Source: Candidatus Parcubacteria bacterium (GTDB lineage: Bacteria > Patescibacteriota > Minisyncoccia > UBA6257 > HR35). From it: a stretch of 64,000 nucleotides of DNA. The notes under the pieces are model-generated. The model was given only the letters and a program-made list of their open reading frames with translations, did no database searches and was not told the origin of the DNA. The stretch spans positions 459,547 to 523,546 of the forward strand of contig AP024681.1 of the NCBI GenBank assembly GCA_025999335.1, given 5' to 3'. Below, piece after piece: positions 29,515 through 38,485 of this stretch; position 1 is the stretch's first letter, and the number at the start of each line of letters is the position of its first letter. A program made the translations under genes and the position numbers.

Positions 29515-29587
29515 GCCCTCATAGCTCAATCGGTAGAGCAACGGCCTTTTAAGCCGGTGGTTGGAGGTTCGAGTCCTCCTGGGGGCA
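29515..29587 (+). tRNA. tRNA-Lys (anticodon UUU), CCA not encoded
   Basis: The sequence GCCCTCATAGCTCAATCGGTAGAGCAACGGCCTTTTAAGCCGGTGGTTGGAGGTTCGAGTCCTCCTGGGGGCA folds as a cloverleaf. It has a CTTTTAA anticodon loop and a GTTCGAGT T-loop. Confidence 0.85.
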
Positions 29588-29634
29588 CTTATGATATTTA
29601 ATGGTCATTAAATTTCTAAATTATTTTTACTATC

Positions 29635-30234
29635 ATGGAAATTTTTATTAGAGATATTAAAACCGCCCCAGATTCTTATCGACGTAATGGTAAAGTGCCG
29701 GGAGTAATCTATGGTTTTAATGTTAATTCATTGCCTGTTTATGTTAATGAAAAAGATTTAGCAAGATTAGTTAAAGAACATGAGGGTGGTTTAATTAAAA
29801 TTAAACTATTTGATGACGAAAATAAACAAAATTTCAAAGAAATTCAGTGTATTTTACGCGATATTCAGATTCATCCTTTAACAGAAAAAATTATTCATTT
29901 TGATCTTTATGTGCCATCGTTAGAGAGAGTGATTACAGCAAAAGTGCCTTTGGAGTTTATTAATGAAGCACCAGCAGTTAAAAAAGGAGGGATGTTAAAT
30001 ATTGGTTTGCATGAGTTAGAAGTTAAATCGTTGCCAATGAATATACCGGAAAAAATATTTGTCGATTTGAGTGTTTTAACTGATTTGGATCAAAGTATCT
30101 ATGTTAAAGACTTGTCTTTACCTAAAGGCGTTGAAGTTTTACTAGAGTTAACGACACCGGTTGTTTCCATTGTGCGTGAAGAAGTAGTTGAAGCATCATC
30201 ACAAAGCGAAGAAACCCCAACGACTACTTCTTAA
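29635..30234 (+). CDS. rplY: 50S ribosomal protein L25 (Ctc form)
   Basis: 199 aa. RRNGKVPGVIYGFNVNSLPVYV is the L25 N-terminal signature. Confidence 0.75.
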   Translation: MEIFIRDIKTAPDSYRRNGKVPGVIYGFNVNSLPVYVNEKDLARLVKEHEGGLIKIKLFDDENKQNFKEIQCILRDIQIHPLTEKIIHFDLYVPSLERVITAKVPLEFINEAPAVKKGGMLNIGLHELEVKSLPMNIPEKIFVDLSVLTDLDQSIYVKDLSLPKGVEVLLELTTPVVSIVREEVVEASSQSEETPTTTS

Positions 30235-30258
30235 TTAATCAATATTTATTAAAAAAAT

Positions 30259-31704
30259 TTGCCAATGGATTTAATTAAAGATATATACGAAAAAGATTAC
30301 AAACAATTTTTCACGAAACATACGCCACCGCAAAAATTTTTTCTAAAATCACCATTATCGTCAATTGTTGCTTTTGCTAAAGCACCAGTTATTTCGATAA
30401 TGATTTTTTTAGCAGTTTTTTTTAATGTTGTTGCGGCGCCATTGCAGAATCCTAAAAATACTTCAACACAGCCATTAGTTTATTTAGATCCCGAAAAGCA
30501 AAAAGCTAAAGAAGAATTAGAAAACGAGTTACAAAAAGTTTTAAAACAAATTGATAATTACAAAAAAACTATTTCAGGCATTGTTAGAGAAAAAAATTCT
30601 ATTAAACGTGATATTAATTTAACTGAAGCAAATATTCAAAAAATTTCTTTGGAAATAAAAGCGATTAATTTAAGTCTTCAAAAATTAAAAACAAAAATTA
30701 ACGATACTCAGAAATCAATAGCTTTAACTGAAAATAAAATTAGTCGTTCGCAAGAAATTTTAGCTTCGTCTTTAAGATCTTATTATAAATTAAGACAGAG
30801 AAATATTGTTGAAGTATTTTTAGCTGAAATTCAAGTATCTGATTATTTTAATAATTTCTTTTATTTACAAAAATTACAAGAACAAATTAATGATGAATTG
30901 CGTAGCTTAAAAGATTTAAATATTAAATTGAGTAATCAAAAAGAAAGCCTTGAAGAACAATTTGGAGAACAAAATGGTTTATTATCTTTATCAAAAATCA
31001 AATATAGTGAACTTCAGGATTTGAAAAATAAAAAACAAGCTTTATTAGCTCAAGCAAGCAAAAAAGAAACCCAATATAATGCTTTATTAAGACAAGCCGA
31101 AAAGACAGCAGCTGAAATTAGAGAACAGATTTATCGTTTAGCTGGTGGTGTTGGGCCAATTACTTTTGGCCAAGCTTATGATCTTGCTAAAATAGCCGAA
31201 AAGCACACAGGCATTAGACCAGCGTTTTTGTTAGCTATTTTGCACTATGAATCTAAAATAGGTCAAAATGTTGGTAATTGTAATTATAAAGATGCTATGA
31301 AACCAAGTGAACAGCCAATATTTGAGAAAATTGTAAAAGAATTAGGATTAGATCCTAATAAAATGGTTGTTTCTTGTAAGCCGTGGTATGGTTGGGGCGG
31401 AGCAATGGGTCCGGCACAATTTATACCGTCAACATGGATGGCATACAAAGATAAAGTTGCTGCTATTACTGGCAATAAACCTCCTTCTCCTTGGAATAAT
31501 TTAGATGCTTTTATTGCTGCCGCTTTACTTTTGACTAATAACGGCGCTGATGCGCGCACTTATGAGGCTGAATGGAAAGCGGCAATGATGTATTTTGCTG
31601 GTTCTAATTGGAACAAACCTTCTTTAAGTTTTTATGGCGATGATGTAATGGCTATTGCTTCTCGTTTTGAAAAGGATATTCAAATTTTAGAGAAAAAGAA
31701 TTAA
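30259..31704 (+). CDS. Membrane-anchored coiled-coil protein with a C-terminal lytic transglycosylase (SLT-like) domain
   Basis: 481 aa. It has an N-terminal TM, ~250 aa of coiled coil and a C-terminal domain with the Glu-Ser context (ILHYESKIGQ) and GAMGPAQFIPSTW, resembling the GLMQ…PxT SLT motif. Confidence 0.6.
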   Translation: MPMDLIKDIYEKDYKQFFTKHTPPQKFFLKSPLSSIVAFAKAPVISIMIFLAVFFNVVAAPLQNPKNTSTQPLVYLDPEKQKAKEELENELQKVLKQIDNYKKTISGIVREKNSIKRDINLTEANIQKISLEIKAINLSLQKLKTKINDTQKSIALTENKISRSQEILASSLRSYYKLRQRNIVEVFLAEIQVSDYFNNFFYLQKLQEQINDELRSLKDLNIKLSNQKESLEEQFGEQNGLLSLSKIKYSELQDLKNKKQALLAQASKKETQYNALLRQAEKTAAEIREQIYRLAGGVGPITFGQAYDLAKIAEKHTGIRPAFLLAILHYESKIGQNVGNCNYKDAMKPSEQPIFEKIVKELGLDPNKMVVSCKPWYGWGGAMGPAQFIPSTWMAYKDKVAAITGNKPPSPWNNLDAFIAAALLLTNNGADARTYEAEWKAAMMYFAGSNWNKPSLSFYGDDVMAIASRFEKDIQILEKKN

Positions 31705-33340
31705 AACTCGCCATTGACCATAATTGAGCTATAGTACCTTCGCTTCTTCGCTCTTTGGCGCTGCTAATTTCGCTACTAAAACCTAAAGCACCGTCTTTTA
31801 ATAAATCATCTAAACTACTTAAGTAAATTTTTTCTATAATCTCTTTATATTTGATTATATTAATTTCACATAAAGAAATAGCTAAAAGGTTATTAAGAAA
31901 ATACCAGGAATTACCTCTATGATAAGCGCTATTTTTTTCTCCATCGTCTTCGTTTTGGAAATGAGGATTGTCAGTATTTAAAGTGGCCAACCCTCCCCAT
32001 AATAAATAATTATTTTTAAGTAATTTATCAAATACTTGGGTCCAGGTTTCTTGGGGAAGAATGTATTTTGTAAATAAAAAAGCGAAGATAATATTTGGAT
32101 CATTATCGCGGTTTATAATTTTTTTCTTTAATTCATTTTCTCTAACCTCTAGCTCGGCTTTTAATCTAATTTTTACTAATTCATCTATATTTTTTAAAGA
32201 TATTAATTTATTTAAAGCATTGACATATAAAGATTCAATTTCAATAGCTTCTTGACGGTTTAAAGTATCCATCCAGGTGCTATAAGATGGTAAATGAATA
32301 ACATTATTTTTCATAAATTTCTTTTGCCATAGTTTAAAGCAAGCAATTATTCTTTCTGCATTGTTTTCTAATAACTTTTGTTCAGCTGTGGCTATAAAGA
32401 GTAATAAAGTATCCGCTCCATCCCATTGCCATTGTTGATATTGACTATTGACAGGTTTGTTTTTATCCCAAATGGTTTCTAAATTATTAAGATAAAAATT
32501 TAATTTTTGTTTATAAATATTTTTATCTATATTTTCTTTTAAAAGATACAAACTTAGTAGTTCATCTCGATACCAGTGTTCATAAAACCAAGGAAAGCCA
32601 GCAGCAAAATATTGATTTGTTTCAAAAAGCATTATTCTTTTTACTAAAAAATTATTTAAAGGTGATTGATTTTGATGACTAGGATTGTGATTAAGTATAA
32701 ATATAGAATTTTGGTGATCAGTTTTTTCATTAGGATTAAAATCTTGACTGTCGTTAGGGAGAAGATTTATTTTTAATTCGCGAATTTTTCCTTCAAAACA
32801 TTCATATGTCCACCATTCGTAAGGATAAGAATTACGTTTTTTATCAAAATTCATATCTTGCTTAACCCACTGTTTTTTTATTTGAACATTAGAATCTGTT
32901 TCTATTAAAAGTTGATTGATTAATTGATCATTAAAATATTGTTTAACAAAAATATGATTTACTTTTGGTGTTTCAACAATGATATTGCGGGCAAAGGCAT
33001 TATTGTTAAATATATATTTACTGTCCAAATTAAGTTTAACATTAGTCCAATATGAGAAAATTAAGTGAATACTTTTTTCTTCTAATTTTAGATAACAATG
33101 ATTATGCCAGAATTCAATGATAATTTCATTAGGGTTCAAAATAATTATATTTTTTATTTTTTCGCCGAATTCAATATTATCTAAAAATCTAAAAGCTTGT
33201 CCGTCTTTTAAAATAAAACCACCAAAATATCTACTTCTTTTTTCCTGCGAGAGGATTAACCAGACATCATTGTTCTTTAAAAATAAAATATCACTCTCAG
33301 TTTCTTTTTCTATATTTAACTCTAAGTATTTGACTTTCAT
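31652..33340 (-). CDS. GDE_C-family glycoside hydrolase (amylo-alpha-1,6-glucosidase / glucoamylase-like six-hairpin glycosidase)
   Basis: 562 aa. AAGFPWFYEHWYRDELLS matches the aGyhWF-x-WGRD motif of the debranching-enzyme C-terminal domain. It overlaps the convergent 30259..31704 gene by 53 bp. Confidence 0.6.
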   Translation of the reverse strand: MKVKYLELNIEKETESDILFLKNNDVWLILSQEKRSRYFGGFILKDGQAFRFLDNIEFGEKIKNIIILNPNEIIIEFWHNHCYLKLEEKSIHLIFSYWTNVKLNLDSKYIFNNNAFARNIIVETPKVNHIFVKQYFNDQLINQLLIETDSNVQIKKQWVKQDMNFDKKRNSYPYEWWTYECFEGKIRELKINLLPNDSQDFNPNEKTDHQNSIFILNHNPSHQNQSPLNNFLVKRIMLFETNQYFAAGFPWFYEHWYRDELLSLYLLKENIDKNIYKQKLNFYLNNLETIWDKNKPVNSQYQQWQWDGADTLLLFIATAEQKLLENNAERIIACFKLWQKKFMKNNVIHLPSYSTWMDTLNRQEAIEIESLYVNALNKLISLKNIDELVKIRLKAELEVRENELKKKIINRDNDPNIIFAFLFTKYILPQETWTQVFDKLLKNNYLLWGGLATLNTDNPHFQNEDDGEKNSAYHRGNSWYFLNNLLAISLCEINIIKYKEIIEKIYLSSLDDLLKDGALGFSSEISSAKERRSEGTIAQLWSMASFNSFSLKFEYPFQNEKQ

Positions 33341-33367
33341 TATAATGAATTTATATCTAAAAAATTT

Positions 33368-35128
33368 TTATAGTAGTTTGTAATAAAGAGCTATATAATG
33401 ATTGATTAGTTTACTCCAGTCACAAATATTAGCTAATTTTTTTGCTTCGTATTTATTGTGGATTCTTTCAATGCGCGACATATTGACAATTTTTAATAAT
33501 AAATTGTAAAGATCATTAACAATATCTTCACGTTGTTTGCTATAACGTTGTAGGATGTATAAGCCTTTTTGATTATTCATATCAATATGCTTATGTTCTT
33601 GCAGGTAACTAGCAAAACCGGTAAGATCAGTGGTAATAGCAATTGTTCCGGCGGCTAAAGTTTCTAAAGGAGTATAACCCCATGGTTCGTATAATGAAGG
33701 GAAGATTCCTAAATGACAACCATTGATAACATTATAATAATCTAAATTAATTAAGCTATCAGCGGCGTGAGCATAGATAGGATAAAAAATAATTTTTACT
33801 TTATCTTCTTGACGATTTAATAAATTTGCTGCTTGGCATAATTTAATTATTTCATTATCATTGTTAAAGATATGTGTTGATAAAGGCGCAGACATTGGCA
33901 ATGGTTTTTTGATAATATTTAATATTTGATAAATATCTATCATTTCTTCTTGACTGAAAATGAATTCAGGTTGTTGTTGATGAATCAATGAATGCAAAAT
34001 ACGTGATTTTATTTCTTCAGTTAAATTATCTATGTATTCTTCTAAACTTCGATAACTTAAAATATGTTGCATTATTTGTGGATTAATGCTATTGAATTCA
34101 TCAGGAATCATTAGAATCATATAAACATTTTTATCTATATCTTTTGCTTTCATTTCATTGTTTAATTTACCTAAAGCTTCAATAGTGATATCAAATCCTT
34201 TGTTAGTTATTTCCTTTCTTCCGCTGGTAAAGAATATAAGAGAATTTTTAATAGGACAACTTTTTGTAAAATAAGGCGTAAAGTAATATAAAATAAACTC
34301 TAAAAGTTGATATTTATTGCGACGATGAAGAAAAGCTATTTCTTCAAAAGTAGGGAAGCGATTAATATCAATGCCGTTAGGTAAAATCGCATCGACTTCT
34401 CGGTTTAATAATTTTGCTACTTCTTTGGCGGTAATATTACTAATGGTAGTTAGCAAGGTTGCTTGTTGAGCGGCATTTTTTTCAACGCCATACTTTGCTT
34501 CTATAAAAAAATCATAAGCGCTTTGTTGAGGGTTAATATCTATGTCCCAAAAATTAATATTATTAGCCATTAAAGTTCTGCCTAAAATAGTAGCATGAGT
34601 TGTAAAAATTGTTTTTAAATGATAACCTTCAGCTTTTAAAAATAAAATAGCACCTCCGCTTAACCATTCATGAAAATGAAAAATAGAATCATTAAAACGA
34701 TTAGCGGCTAATTCTTTTATAAAATCACTAACAGCTTTAGACCAAGCTATAGGTTCGTCGTAATCTTTGCCAGTTCTTAAACTGTCAATTTGAAATTTTT
34801 CCCACAGTATGTGTTTTAAGACATTAACATTTTCTAAATATCTACTAAAATCTATTAGAAAACCGTTGATCTGCCCTTCAATTATCCATTCGCCATAATA
34901 AACATTAATGCCTTTTTGTTTTAAATTGTCGATGATTAACGCAAATTGACTAGGAGGATTAGAGATTTTAAATTCTACTTCACTTTTGTTGGCAATATAA
35001 GGACCAATAACTAAATAATTATCCTGATAATGATTTTTTAAATACTTAGCTTTACTTTTAAGAACTGTATGAATGCCGCCAACTTTATTAGCTATCTCCC
35101 AGCTAATTTCGAAAATATACTTTGACAT
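33368..35128 (-). CDS. Glycogen synthase, GT3 (eukaryotic/archaeal-type)
   Basis: 586 aa. The N-terminus IFEISWEIANKVGGIHTVLKSKAKY closely matches the GT3 glycogen synthase start (FEVSWEVANKVGGIYTV). Confidence 0.75.
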   Translation of the reverse strand: MSKYIFEISWEIANKVGGIHTVLKSKAKYLKNHYQDNYLVIGPYIANKSEVEFKISNPPSQFALIIDNLKQKGINVYYGEWIIEGQINGFLIDFSRYLENVNVLKHILWEKFQIDSLRTGKDYDEPIAWSKAVSDFIKELAANRFNDSIFHFHEWLSGGAILFLKAEGYHLKTIFTTHATILGRTLMANNINFWDIDINPQQSAYDFFIEAKYGVEKNAAQQATLLTTISNITAKEVAKLLNREVDAILPNGIDINRFPTFEEIAFLHRRNKYQLLEFILYYFTPYFTKSCPIKNSLIFFTSGRKEITNKGFDITIEALGKLNNEMKAKDIDKNVYMILMIPDEFNSINPQIMQHILSYRSLEEYIDNLTEEIKSRILHSLIHQQQPEFIFSQEEMIDIYQILNIIKKPLPMSAPLSTHIFNNDNEIIKLCQAANLLNRQEDKVKIIFYPIYAHAADSLINLDYYNVINGCHLGIFPSLYEPWGYTPLETLAAGTIAITTDLTGFASYLQEHKHIDMNNQKGLYILQRYSKQREDIVNDLYNLLLKIVNMSRIERIHNKYEAKKLANICDWSKLINHYIALYYKLL

Positions 35129-36293
35129 TTGGTTTAATTCTTAATTTAAAATCTTCAATAATATTTCTAAAATTTAAATAAGCATCATAAGGAGTTTCAT
35201 AAGGATTAAAGTATTTATGCACATCACCATCGGCAAACCATTTTGTACACATATAATAAAAATGATCAGCTATTTGTAATTTTCGCCAAACATTTTTAAG
35301 ATAAAAAGGGACTTCTTTTTCTAGAGAAAATAAAAGTTGGGCGCATTCTTTTTGCATTTCATTACCAAGCCACGCAGTAAGATCTCTTTCAGTATCTGCC
35401 CAGGTAATTGGTTTTTCACTAGAAAAAATTCCTTTACTTGAATATGTTTTAATAGCTTCTGAAGGCAAAAGAAAATTAAGATGTTTTTTTCTTAAAATTG
35501 CTCGCGGTAATTCAGCGAGAAAATCAAAAATTCCAGTTTCTTGCCATTGATGTTCGCCAAAAGTTTCAAAATCCATAAATAAATTAATAACTTCGCCGTT
35601 GCCATTATAATTTTCTAGCCATTGAGCAAATTTGTCAGCAGTGAGGGGCCATTCTTCCCACCATTGCGCTGAAAAGCGAAAACTTATGTCATCAGATAGT
35701 TGATAATTTCTTAAGAGGATTTTTAAATTGTTAGACGGATCATTGTAGACGAAATTTGGCGAGCGCCATTCGAGAATCCAAGGCACACCTTCGGTGATCA
35801 TACCTTCAAAGCCTAAGTCTTTAACGATTTTGGTTAAGTCATCAAAATATATTAATTCAGTGTTAGCAAAAACAGAACTTTCTTGATTAAATAATTGCTT
35901 GATAATTTTTTTATGCAATATTACTTGTTCTTTAAACTCTTTAAGAGAAAACAGACTTGATAGTGAATGATAATATGTTTCGCCGACGAATTCAACATTT
36001 TTACTCTTACTTAATTCTTGAAACATTTTTATTATTTCCGGATGCCATTTTAGGAGTTGCTCAATGAGATTTCCAGTTAAGCCAAAACTAACTTTGAAAG
36101 GCAGTTTATCCTTAATAATTAATTTTATTAAAAGTTCTAAAGCTGGTTTATAACATTTATGAACAATTCTATCAAGATAAAATTTATTCATTTTATCATC
36201 AAAATAATTTTTATCTTGAGCAATATCAAAAAAGGTATAATGTTTAAGGCGATCTGGTTGGTGTGTTTTAAAATAAAAAACAACTGAAGGCAT
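35103..36293 (-). CDS. Glycoside hydrolase family 57 protein (alpha-amylase or branching enzyme)
   Basis: 396 aa. The N-terminus is FYFKTHQPDRL (GH57 HQP-R motif). Region GMITEGVPWILEW contains the likely nucleophile Glu. Confidence 0.7.
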   Translation of the reverse strand: MPSVVFYFKTHQPDRLKHYTFFDIAQDKNYFDDKMNKFYLDRIVHKCYKPALELLIKLIIKDKLPFKVSFGLTGNLIEQLLKWHPEIIKMFQELSKSKNVEFVGETYYHSLSSLFSLKEFKEQVILHKKIIKQLFNQESSVFANTELIYFDDLTKIVKDLGFEGMITEGVPWILEWRSPNFVYNDPSNNLKILLRNYQLSDDISFRFSAQWWEEWPLTADKFAQWLENYNGNGEVINLFMDFETFGEHQWQETGIFDFLAELPRAILRKKHLNFLLPSEAIKTYSSKGIFSSEKPITWADTERDLTAWLGNEMQKECAQLLFSLEKEVPFYLKNVWRKLQIADHFYYMCTKWFADGDVHKYFNPYETPYDAYLNFRNIIEDFKLRIKPNVKVYFRN

Positions 36294-37456
36294 TATTTAA
36301 TAATTTTATAATAAATATTATTTATTTGATTAGCAGTTTTCTGCCAACAAAATTTTTTTTGAGCTTCTGCTTTGCAATTATTTAAATAAGTTTTTTTTAA
36401 TGTTTCGTAATTTAAAATGCCTAATATTTTATTAGCCATTTCTTTAATATCCCAAAAATCAAAGCGAAGAATATTATTTAAATAATAGCCCATTCCGGTT
36501 GTTTTTGAAATAACAGGAGCTAAATTATTATTTAAAGCTTCTAAAGGAACTAAACCAAAAGGATCATTAACTGAAGGCATAACCAAAACATCGGCATTTT
36601 GATAAACTCCCCATAATTTTTCTTCTCGTAGAAAGTTAGCAAAGGAGATATATTTTTCAACTTTTAACTCATAAGCTAATTTAACTAATTGAGGAAACAT
36701 ATCGCCTGAACCAACAAAAACAAATTTTGTTTTAGGTTGTTTGTTGATTATCATTGGTATGGCACGAATAAGATAATCAGGTCCTTTTTGAATAGTTAGC
36801 CTACCAACGAAAAGAACTATTTTCCATCCATCTTTTTTTAGTTCCGCTAAGTAGTTGGGCATTTCGCCTTTATTCTCTGACCAAAAAAATCCATTGGGAA
36901 CAACAAATATTTTTTCCGGTTTTATTTTGTAGTCATCGATTAAAACATTTTTAGTTAAATCGCTAACAGGCAATAAGTAATCAACTTTTTGAAAATATTT
37001 TTTTTCTATATCAAAGATAAATTGATTAGGATTTTCATTGGTTCTTTCTATTTCTGTGGAATGAACATGAACCAAAGAAGGTGTGCGATAATGTTTGCTT
37101 AATGAATAAACAGCCGGTGCTGTAAACCAATCGTGCCCATGGACAATAGTTGGTTTTGTCTTATAATTTAAAAGGATTCTTTTATGGTAACCAAAAATTA
37201 AATCAAGTATTTGACTATTAAAATAAAAATTTTTATGAAAATAACTTTCTAATCTTTTAGGTTTTGATTGATTATTATTACTAGGAATAGCAAATAAGAC
37301 TTTAAAAGGAGGAGAGGTAATATTTAATTTAATTGGTAAAGTGAAAGTTAAATCTTCAACTAATTGGCTTAGTTCTTTTGCTAAATAAAAGCAGGCAACG
37401 CCTAAACCACCGCTATTAAAAGGCGGTAATTCCCAGCCAATCATTAGAACTTTCAT
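36293..37456 (-). CDS. GT-B glycosyltransferase (GT4/GT5 alpha-glucan synthase-like)
   Basis: 387 aa. The N-terminus IGWELPPFNSGGLGVACFYLAKEL resembles the glycogen-synthase GGL motif. The C-terminus has the GT4 motif DPFGLVPLEALNNNLAPV. Confidence 0.65.
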   Translation of the reverse strand: MKVLMIGWELPPFNSGGLGVACFYLAKELSQLVEDLTFTLPIKLNITSPPFKVLFAIPSNNNQSKPKRLESYFHKNFYFNSQILDLIFGYHKRILLNYKTKPTIVHGHDWFTAPAVYSLSKHYRTPSLVHVHSTEIERTNENPNQFIFDIEKKYFQKVDYLLPVSDLTKNVLIDDYKIKPEKIFVVPNGFFWSENKGEMPNYLAELKKDGWKIVLFVGRLTIQKGPDYLIRAIPMIINKQPKTKFVFVGSGDMFPQLVKLAYELKVEKYISFANFLREEKLWGVYQNADVLVMPSVNDPFGLVPLEALNNNLAPVISKTTGMGYYLNNILRFDFWDIKEMANKILGILNYETLKKTYLNNCKAEAQKKFCWQKTANQINNIYYKIIK

Positions 37457-37471
37457 TATAATTACATTTTA

Positions 37472-38398
37472 CTACAAATTTTCTATAAATTTTTTGCTTA
37501 TCACATATAAATCACGTTTATTTTTAAAATAATACACTTCCGGTATTTTGTTTAATTCTTTTATTTGCCTTTTGGCAAAATTTTTTATATCCTGGAGACA
37601 ACGATTGTAGATAAAATTTGTATCAGCATAGATATTATTTTTGTTTTGATTAGAAACATATAACCCGAACCACCGATATTCCAAGCCAAAATTGATAATT
37701 CGTTTAAAAGATAATCCTAAAGTTTTTAATTTTTTTACTTCTTTGATGATAAATGGGAGTCTTTGTTTTAGTCTAATTTCTATTTTATGAAATAAATTTT
37801 TTTTATCTATTTGCGGACAAAGAATTAAGATTTGGTATTTAGGTTTTTTAATTAAAGGTGGCACTTTGCCTAAAACATAGATTATTTCTAAAGCTCGAAT
37901 TAATCTTTTTTTGTTATGACGATCTATAGTTTTAGCTCGCAGTTTATCTAATTGTTGTAGCTTTTTATATAAATCTTCAGATGATAGTTGAGATAATTTT
38001 TTTCTGAGGTTGTAATTTGGCTTAACAGCCGGCAAAAGCCAACCTTCTTTTAGAGCTTTTAAATACAATATTGTTCCACCACAGAAAATAGGTATTTTAT
38101 TTTTTTGCATTATTTTTTTTACAGCTGCTTCCGCTGCTTTGAGCCATTGTCCAAGAGAATAATTTTTACGTGGTGAAGCGACGTCAATAAGATGATGGGG
38201 TACAATTTTTAATTCTTGTTTTGATAATTTACCGCTACCTATATTAAGATATTTATAAACTTGCCTTGAGTCAGCATTAATGATTTCACCATTTATTTTT
38301 TGCGCTAAATAGATGGCATTTTCTGATTTGCCTATAGCTGTTGGTCCAGTAATAAAGATTATTTTTTTTAATTGATTGTTTGGGGACTTATTGACCAT
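37472..38398 (-). CDS. miaA: tRNA dimethylallyltransferase
   Basis: 308 aa. It has the P-loop IIFITGPTAIGKSENAIYLA and INADSRQVYKYLNIGSGK. Confidence 0.8.
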   Translation of the reverse strand: MVNKSPNNQLKKIIFITGPTAIGKSENAIYLAQKINGEIINADSRQVYKYLNIGSGKLSKQELKIVPHHLIDVASPRKNYSLGQWLKAAEAAVKKIMQKNKIPIFCGGTILYLKALKEGWLLPAVKPNYNLRKKLSQLSSEDLYKKLQQLDKLRAKTIDRHNKKRLIRALEIIYVLGKVPPLIKKPKYQILILCPQIDKKNLFHKIEIRLKQRLPFIIKEVKKLKTLGLSFKRIINFGLEYRWFGLYVSNQNKNNIYADTNFIYNRCLQDIKNFAKRQIKELNKIPEVYYFKNKRDLYVISKKFIENL

Positions 38399-38421
38399 TT
38401 TTTATTATCCACATTTTTAAT

Positions 38422-38451
38422 TTGACGTAATAATATTTTATATGTTAAAAT
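38422..38451 (+). promoter_or_regulatory. Sigma-70-like promoter for the pilin gene (-35 TTGACG, extended -10 TGtTAAAAT)
   Basis: TTGACG lies at 38422–38427 and tgttaaaat at 38443–38451, about 35 bp upstream of the pilin ATG. Confidence 0.45.
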
Positions 38452-38485
38452 TAATTTAACTAAAATTAAGTTTCAATTTATTTAA

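Noticed and set aside
31284-33383. ORFs 31284–31559 (−), 32061–32255 (+) and 33117–33383 (+)
   Set aside because: They are embedded antisense in the transglycosylase and GDE_C genes.
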